DNA of 64,000 nucleotides from an archaeon GW2011_AR15 (GTDB lineage Archaea; Nanobdellota; Nanobdellia; Woesearchaeales; GW2011-AR15): NCBI GenBank assembly GCA_000830295.1, contig CP010425.1, positions 384,001 to 448,000 of the forward strand, read 5' to 3'. Shown piece by piece: positions 58,171 to 64,000 of this stretch (position 1 is its first letter; each line of letters starts with the position of its first letter). The notes under the pieces were generated by a model. It saw only the letters and a program-made list of their open reading frames with translations, ran no database searches and was not told where the DNA came from. The position numbers and the translations under genes were made by a program.

Positions 58171-58400
58171 TATATTTAAATGTTTGTAAAAAAATATCCT
58201 AAATTACTAAGATTATTGCAAAAACATATTATAAATACAAAGTTCTAAACTGTTTAAACCTCCTCTTTCCCTGTTCGTCCCGCAGGTTCTCATTTTTATC
58301 TAAAGAATACTCCTCTATCATCTTTCTATATTCAAACACATTCAAAAACATACATCAAATCCCAACAATCTTTAAATATCAGCCTATCCAATAAAATCAC

Positions 58401-58550
58401 ATGAAATGCCCACATTGTAATAAAATAATTGAATCTAAAGAAACTAAACTAGTTAAGAAAATATATGAATTAGCTATTCAAGGCAAAAAAGACGAGATAA
58501 ATGAAAAAATGGTTCCGCAATTGGAAGAATTAAAACTATCTGTTGAGTAG
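58401..58550 (+). CDS. 49-aa protein with N-terminal CPHC knuckle
   Basis: Not in ORF track; MKCPHCNKII...; TTTAAATA at 58371-58378, consistent with a leaderless start. Confidence 0.6.
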   Translation: MKCPHCNKIIESKETKLVKKIYELAIQGKKDEINEKMVPQLEELKLSVE

Positions 58551-58575
58551 ATTCTACCCGACCAGCACCCTCTCC

Positions 58576-58944
58576 TTAGCCCCTAACAAACTCAACCCCG
58601 TCAACATTCTCAAAGTCTTTGTCGCCGGTAAGGAACTTCACGCCGTTCTTTACAGATAAAACATAACCCAATGCATCAACATAAGAGATATTACTGCCCT
58701 GCTTATGCTTAAAATAATTGGCATTGATTATATCTGTTTCACCAAATTCAATCATAAACCCTCTAAGTTCATTGAAAAACATCAGCGCATTTTCTTTCCC
58801 GAATTCTTTCATGGTTGAATAATGTAGCTCCATAAGATTGAGCAGCGTAGTAACAACTTTTGCATCCTTGTATTTTTCATAATTTTTAGAGCCTTTTATT
58901 ATCTCTATAAGGGCATACGTGTCGAAAAAATAAGCTTCGCTCAT
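58576..58944 (-). CDS. vapC: VapC PIN toxin
   Basis: YFFDTYALIE, NLMEL, SYVDALGY, LTGDKDF. Confidence 0.92.
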   Translation of the reverse strand: MSEAYFFDTYALIEIIKGSKNYEKYKDAKVVTTLLNLMELHYSTMKEFGKENALMFFNELRGFMIEFGETDIINANYFKHKQGSNISYVDALGYVLSVKNGVKFLTGDKDFENVDGVEFVRG

Positions 58945-58986
58945 TTTTACGGACTCTCCGCTTTGCTGCGAGTGTCGAAAAAATAA
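58919..58986. repeat. 15-bp direct repeat around a 38-bp insert at the vapC 5' end
   Basis: GTGTCGAAAAAATAA at 58919-58933 and 58972-58986. Confidence 0.85.
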
Positions 58987-58987
58987 A

Positions 58988-59212
58988 CTATTTCCATCCT
59001 TCATCTATATCATCCATTATTTCTTGTGTAGATTTATTCCAGCCCTTTCCTGACCCAAATAATCTCTCAAGAGACTTTCTGCTCTGTTTTTCATCTATTA
59101 TTATCATCTTCACTCTCCCTTTCAGATTATTCCTTTCCACTGTTTCTTTCCTTAATCTTATCCCAAATGAGTTGCCCCATCTCTTGACTTCTCCTTCAAT
59201 TTCAACTGACAT
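58988..59212 (-). CDS. vapB: AbrB/MazE-type antitoxin
   Basis: VKRWGNSFGIRL, LFG, STQEIMDDIDEGW. Confidence 0.9.
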   Translation of the reverse strand: MSVEIEGEVKRWGNSFGIRLRKETVERNNLKGRVKMIIIDEKQSRKSLERLFGSGKGWNKSTQEIMDDIDEGWK

Positions 59213-59215
59213 ATA

Positions 59216-59232
59216 ATTATACAATGTATAAT
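59216..59232. promoter_or_regulatory. Palindromic operator of vapBC
   Basis: ATTATACA-A-TGTATAAT between the TATA box and the start codon. Confidence 0.65.
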
Positions 59233-59338
59233 AAATATTTAAAGTTATCGGGGATAGGATTTAAGACAGGAAAAAATTAATAAGTTTATGCAGGAATTTT
59301 CCGAAAATTATTTATATTCTCAACCCATATATTAAACA

Positions 59339-59695
59339 ATGGTCAAGACGACAAGACACCATCGTTCTGTCATGTTTCTCAATCTCGTTGCATTAGTAAT
59401 TGTCCTCTTGGGATTAATATTAACAAGCAGATTATCCCACCCGACAGCCCACCTGGTAAGGATAACAGAAGGCAACAGCTTAGATTCTAAATTATTGAAA
59501 ACAGAAGACAGCTCGGCAATCATCTTCGAGACAGAGGACCGCAACACAACAACATACATACTCTCAACTTACCTAAACCACAGGAAATCAAATTACAACT
59601 CATTTATCGCACTGGCATTTTTCATAGCTGTTTTAACTTTCATCTATTTCATGTCTAAATTATATGTTTCTTACAAATCAGAGAAAACTATATAA
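59339..59695 (+). CDS. Two-TM hypothetical protein
   Basis: Hydrophobic N- and C-terminal segments. Confidence 0.55.
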   Translation: MVKTTRHHRSVMFLNLVALVIVLLGLILTSRLSHPTAHLVRITEGNSLDSKLLKTEDSSAIIFETEDRNTTTYILSTYLNHRKSNYNSFIALAFFIAVLTFIYFMSKLYVSYKSEKTI

Positions 59696-59718
59696 ACCAA
59701 CCAATCCAAATCAGTTAA

Positions 59719-60570
59719 ATGGTCTTCGAGGACTTGATTGACCCTGCCAACGCAGAGTCCCATCCAAGAGCTGTCTTTCTCCACAGCGTTATATACGTCT
59801 CTTTGGGGCTTTTTTTAGGATGGTGGATATTCGGGGAGTATGCCTCTTTAGTTGCAGTATTCCTGACGACAATGGCTGCCATCCCCCTGATGCACAGCAT
59901 AATAAGGATAGAGGAAAAGAAAGATACAGTAATAGGTTCTGAAAAGAACCTGCTGAAAGAGCACTCAAAGGCCCTGAATGTCTTCATGGCATATTTCATA
60001 GGCGCGACGCTGACATTTGCCTTCTGGTATATAATACTGCCGCGGGACCTGAGCACTGCCATGTTCAATGTCCAGGAGAGCACCCTGACTGCGCTGGGCG
60101 TCCAGGTCACCGGGTTTACCTTTGCTGATTTCAATACCTTCCTATCCATACTCGCAAACAACCTCAAAGTCCTGCTTTTCTGCATACTGTTTTCCTTCCT
60201 TTACGGCGCGGGCGCGATATTCATACTCACGTGGAACGCGTCTGTCATAGGCTCGGCAATAGGCGTTACAATACTGAAGGGGATGGCAGAATTAGGGTTA
60301 AGACTCCACGAGAATTTCAGCCTGAACCACCTGACCGTGATTTCATACGGCCTGCTGAGATATACAGTGCACGGCATCCCTGAGATACTTGCCTATTTCA
60401 TAGCAGGGCTGGCAGGCGGGATAATTTCTGTTGCAGCAATAAGGCATGACTTCAGGACAAAAAGATACAGGCAGATAATAACAGATGCTTCTGTGCTGCT
60501 GCTGCTGAGCTTCATAATACTGGTTCTCGCTGCGTTCTTAGAAGTGTACGTGACGCCGGTATTATTCTAG
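59719..60570 (+). CDS. SpoIIM/DUF95-family membrane protein
   Basis: ILANNLKV, LTWNASVIG, HGIPEILAY, AAFLEVYVTP. Confidence 0.9.
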   Translation: MVFEDLIDPANAESHPRAVFLHSVIYVSLGLFLGWWIFGEYASLVAVFLTTMAAIPLMHSIIRIEEKKDTVIGSEKNLLKEHSKALNVFMAYFIGATLTFAFWYIILPRDLSTAMFNVQESTLTALGVQVTGFTFADFNTFLSILANNLKVLLFCILFSFLYGAGAIFILTWNASVIGSAIGVTILKGMAELGLRLHENFSLNHLTVISYGLLRYTVHGIPEILAYFIAGLAGGIISVAAIRHDFRTKRYRQIITDASVLLLLSFIILVLAAFLEVYVTPVLF

Positions 60571-61179
60571 TATCTTCACGCGGCCCGGGGAAATTTCGAA
60601 AATCTCGCCCTCTCCTATGAGGTCCTGGATTATTTTCTCGGAATTCTGTATCCTTATGTGCTTGACTATCTCTGAAATGTCGACGCCGCTGCCCTTATCC
60701 ATTATCGCGATTGCATTGAGTATCTTCTGGTAGGGACCTGTCTGTATCTCCTCATCTGCACCCTCTGTCTCCACAGGCAGTTTCGGCGTAATTTTTTTCT
60801 GCAGCTTCAATTCCATGCTGTGCACCTTGTGCCATTTCTTGTCGCTCTTTACAATGACCTCAGGCACAACATATATCTCATTATTGCTTTCCCTGACCCT
60901 GCCGATGACCCTCATTATCTCGCCCAGGCCCGGGTCTGAGGCCAGCTTCTCAAAAGACCTCACTGTTATGCTGCCTGAGCCGTCATCAATAAGAAAAGAC
61001 GCCCCGTTCTCAGAATCAGAGACAGAAACAACAAGCCCTATAATATTTACGCGGGAGATTTCGCCATATTTCGTGAGGACGCCGCTCGGCTCCCAGCCGG
61101 GCCTCTTTATGTAGGTGCCTTTCAGAATTTCAGCTACAGGAACTTTTCTTGCAACCTGCCTCTTGAACTGCTCTGCCAT
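60562..61179 (-). CDS. RPA32-like OB-fold + wHTH protein
   Basis: RVNIIG, IDDGSGSI, IGRVRE; C-terminal GEIFEISPGRVK. Confidence 0.85.
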   Translation of the reverse strand: MAEQFKRQVARKVPVAEILKGTYIKRPGWEPSGVLTKYGEISRVNIIGLVVSVSDSENGASFLIDDGSGSITVRSFEKLASDPGLGEIMRVIGRVRESNNEIYVVPEVIVKSDKKWHKVHSMELKLQKKITPKLPVETEGADEEIQTGPYQKILNAIAIMDKGSGVDISEIVKHIRIQNSEKIIQDLIGEGEIFEISPGRVKILE

Positions 61180-63197
61180 CAAATCTTGGAGATATAGCCC
61201 TTCTTCGGCTCGTATATGTCTCCTGACCTCTTCAGTTTCTCAATGACTTCCATTACCTGGTCCTGCGAAAGCCCTCTTGAGGAAGCCTCTATGAATATGT
61301 CTTCAATGGCTACTGTCCTGCCTGATTTCACTTCAATCTCGGTTATGATTTCCTTGACCTGGACGATGTTGCCCCTTTCAGTTGCAGTGACGCCCGATGT
61401 AATCCTGTCAATGTCGAATTTCCCTGTCTCAGGGTCCTGGCCTATCTGGCTCAGGCAGTAATGCACAAGCTCGATTGCTCTTCTTGCATCTTTTCTCGTT
61501 ACCTTGTCAGAAAGCCTTACTTTCGCGGATGCCTCTGCCAGCCTTACAAGCGCCTCAAGCTGCCTCGGCGATATCGGGATGGATTTCACCCCGCCGTCAT
61601 CGCTTCCGGCCTTTCTCATGTCAACATAGTATTTCTTTATCTCCTCGTTGGCTGCCGCAGTAAGGGTAGGGTGGACAGACTGTCTTGCATATGCAAAATA
61701 TTTTTTCAGCATGTCTGTTGATATCTCTGAGACTATCTCGGTCTTCTTTGTATGCAGGTCAAGGATAAATGTGGCCATCTTCTCATCTTTAACCTCGTCA
61801 GGCAGGTCCTTGATCGGGAAAATCAGGTCAAACCTGTTGATAAGCGTTGAAGGCAGGTCAATCTGCTTCCCTATTACTTCATACGGGTCGAACCTCCCGA
61901 ATTTCGGGTTGGCTGCCGCAAGCACTGTTGTCTCAGCCCTCAAAGTTGCCTGGATATTCGCCTTGGAGATTGTAACTGTCTGCTGCTCAAGGGCCTCGTG
62001 CATCGCGCTTGTGTCTTCCTTGCTCATCTTGTCAAGCTCATCTATGCAGCACAGGCCGCCGTTTGTCAAAACCAGGGCCCCTGCCTCAAGGGCATATCCC
62101 CTGATAAATTCATCTTTCACAACTGTTGCAGTGAGCCCTGCCCCTGATGCGCCTTTTCCTGAAATATACCTTGACTTCGGCACTACCTGTGATATCCTTT
62201 TCAATAGCTGCGATTTCCCTGCTCCGGGGTCGCCCAGCAGTAATATGTGCATGTCCCCCCTTGTCCTTGAGCCTTTCTGCCTTGATTTTTTCACTCCGCC
62301 CATTGCCTGCAATACCAACGCCTCCTTGATTTTTGTGTGGCCGTATATCGTGGGCGCAATTGATTCGACAATCTTTTCAAAAACATTCGGGTCTTCTGCA
62401 AGCTTCTTTATCTGCTCCTGCTCTTCCTCGGAAACATTCAGATCGAGGAAATCCTCCTCTATAGGCTCAATGTAGTTTGCCTCTATCATCAGGTCAAACC
62501 TTGTGAGCTTGCCGCCCTCTTTTGCAGGTATGGGGACTTCCTTCAGCACGCCGTTTATTATTATCTTGCTGCCGGGGTTTGTCCTTTTCTCTGACATCGG
62601 ACTCACCAAGTCTGATTTCAGGAAAACATCCAGTCTTTTGGGCTGCTCCCCTCCGTCAAGGTCTTCAGGGGCCTCCTCAAGGACTATCTTCTGCGCATCC
62701 ACAAGTTCCTTGCTCAATAGCCTGAATTTCCCCTTCCTCCCGCAGCCGCACCTTGAAGGCTCCTTGAATTTTGAGTCGAGCTGCAATACAGTTATTATAT
62801 TGCCGCAGCTGGGACATTCAAACCTTGCGCTTGTTACCTGCGGCCTTACATCGGACTTCTGCCTGACAAGGCCTTTTGTGCTGATGAACTTATTGATATG
62901 GCTGCTCCTGACGTCCTTTATCATGATAGAAGTTGTCTGCGGAAGGTTCTTCACCCTCAGCCTGAAATTCTTTATGTCGCCCTCAAGCTCAAACTGCTCC
63001 AGCGCCAGCTCTCCTGCCTTCAGCACCTCTTCTGTATTCTCAAGCATCTCCTCGGAAAGCTCCGGATCGTGCATCGCCAGCAGGCCGAAATCTACTACGA
63101 GGTGCTTCTCCCCCTTCCTCACCTTCTCGGAAAGCTCTGGGAGGTGGTTCTTCTCCAGGAATTTCTGGAATCTTTTGATTATCGCAGTAGGCTCCAT
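61179..63197 (-). CDS. mcm: MCM replicative helicase
   Basis: CPSC Zn finger, GDPGAGKS, IDELDKM, AAANP, SPRQLE; no intein. Confidence 0.98.
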   Translation of the reverse strand: MEPTAIIKRFQKFLEKNHLPELSEKVRKGEKHLVVDFGLLAMHDPELSEEMLENTEEVLKAGELALEQFELEGDIKNFRLRVKNLPQTTSIMIKDVRSSHINKFISTKGLVRQKSDVRPQVTSARFECPSCGNIITVLQLDSKFKEPSRCGCGRKGKFRLLSKELVDAQKIVLEEAPEDLDGGEQPKRLDVFLKSDLVSPMSEKRTNPGSKIIINGVLKEVPIPAKEGGKLTRFDLMIEANYIEPIEEDFLDLNVSEEEQEQIKKLAEDPNVFEKIVESIAPTIYGHTKIKEALVLQAMGGVKKSRQKGSRTRGDMHILLLGDPGAGKSQLLKRISQVVPKSRYISGKGASGAGLTATVVKDEFIRGYALEAGALVLTNGGLCCIDELDKMSKEDTSAMHEALEQQTVTISKANIQATLRAETTVLAAANPKFGRFDPYEVIGKQIDLPSTLINRFDLIFPIKDLPDEVKDEKMATFILDLHTKKTEIVSEISTDMLKKYFAYARQSVHPTLTAAANEEIKKYYVDMRKAGSDDGGVKSIPISPRQLEALVRLAEASAKVRLSDKVTRKDARRAIELVHYCLSQIGQDPETGKFDIDRITSGVTATERGNIVQVKEIITEIEVKSGRTVAIEDIFIEASSRGLSQDQVMEVIEKLKRSGDIYEPKKGYISKI

Positions 63198-63224
63198 TCT
63201 ACAAAAAAATATGAAAAATAAAAA

Positions 63225-63764
63225 TCAGTTTACTTTTTTAAGGTTGGCTATGAGCATGTCCAGTGCCTTGTGCACTTCCTTTTCGCTCTTTGTCCCTGTG
63301 CAGACAATCTTTCCGTTGCTGAACAGCAAAAAAGTAGCCTTTGCCTCATTAAGCTTGTAGACAAGCCCGGGAAACTGCTCCGGCTCGTACTCTGTGTTCT
63401 CCAGCTTCATTGCCAGGACATTGAGGTTTAGGTCCATGCCTATTGATCCTGATGCAACAATGTTCTGCACCGTAATTACAGGCGTTACCTTGATGTCGAT
63501 ATTTATTTTCTTCAGGCTCTTGATTATCTTGTCAATGGACTCATGGACTTTTTCCATGCTCCTTGCTCCTGTGCAGACAACCTTTCCTGAACTGAAAATC
63601 AGTGCAGATGTCTTAGGGTCCTTTATCCTTATGACCAGCCCGGGAAACTGCTCCGGATTGTACTCTGTATTGCTCAGAGTGGCAGCCATTTTTTCCAACG
63701 GTATGTCGTGCTCAAGGCTTGTAGAAACGACTATGTTCACAACTTCAATATTTTTTTCTCCCAA
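63225..63764 (-). CDS. tbp: TATA-box binding protein
   Basis: Two repeats EY(N/E)PEQFPGLV...F.SGK.VCTG; TTG start after GGGGGTG SD. Confidence 0.97.
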   Translation of the reverse strand: MGEKNIEVVNIVVSTSLEHDIPLEKMAATLSNTEYNPEQFPGLVIRIKDPKTSALIFSSGKVVCTGARSMEKVHESIDKIIKSLKKINIDIKVTPVITVQNIVASGSIGMDLNLNVLAMKLENTEYEPEQFPGLVYKLNEAKATFLLFSNGKIVCTGTKSEKEVHKALDMLIANLKKVN

Positions 63765-64000
63765 ATATAACACCCCCTGTTGTTTATAAGGAGAACCTGG
63801 GGGTATTTATAAAGCTTTTTAAATAGAATACGGAAGGCAGGGATCACTCTTCCTTGGCCAGCATTTTCCTGACAACGCCGTAAGTTACAATAACGTATGT
63901 CCCGAATGCCGGGATAAGCGAGCTTCATCCTGCGGAAAACCAGGCAAAATACCTGGACAGAAAAATAAGAGAATTGTATAAATAAGTTATTTGATGAATC

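Noticed and set aside
52800-59300. Island as a provirus or integrative element, or as a Dnd/Pbe/Dpd system
   Set aside because: No integrase, tRNA, att pair or viral genes; no dndCDE, pbe or dpdA/queC genes in the window
61179-63197. Inteins in MCM (also checked infB and glmS)
   Set aside because: Lengths are normal and motifs are contiguous
63790-64000. Small hairpins (TCCCG/CGGGA, CCAGG/CCTGG) and ORF 63737-63928 upstream of tbp
   Set aside because: Short stems, no recognisable RNA family or convincing frame, and truncated context at the window edge
1-64000. CRISPR arrays, tRNA, rRNA, transposases
   Set aside because: None recognised by eye; intergenic spaces are short and lack periodic repeats or cloverleaf motifs

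Overview
Archaeal chromosomal window. The gene set (aEF-1beta, aIF5B, TBP, MCM, AglB, archaeal ribosomal proteins), compact spacing and AAAAAC-TATATAAA-type promoters suggest a DPANN/Woesearchaeota-like lineage; this taxon call is inference. Layout: (1) 1-10.5 kb, translation and ribosome-biogenesis genes interrupted by orphan insertions, including a PIN protein and an RNA ligase; (2) 10.5-39 kb, a large sugar/glycosylation region with a DesII-like radical SAM enzyme, an HTH regulator, glmM-glmU-DMT-glmS plus an NNMT-like methyltransferase, two polyprenol-P-sugar synthases, several GT-C-type membrane proteins, an epimerase, an EamA pair and AglB; (3) 39-52.6 kb, the S10/spc ribosomal operon from rpl3 to secY, preceded by a structured 5' leader; (4) 52.8-59.3 kb, an AT-rich defence island with an MTase-Mrr fusion, a second MTase coupled to a DGQHR protein, and MNT-HEPN and VapBC toxin-antitoxin pairs; (5) SpoIIM-like, RPA32-like, MCM and TBP genes. 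The best candidate for an undescribed system is the MTase + DGQHR module. No tRNA, rRNA, CRISPR array or transposase was recognised. All family calls come from motif recognition by eye, not database searches.
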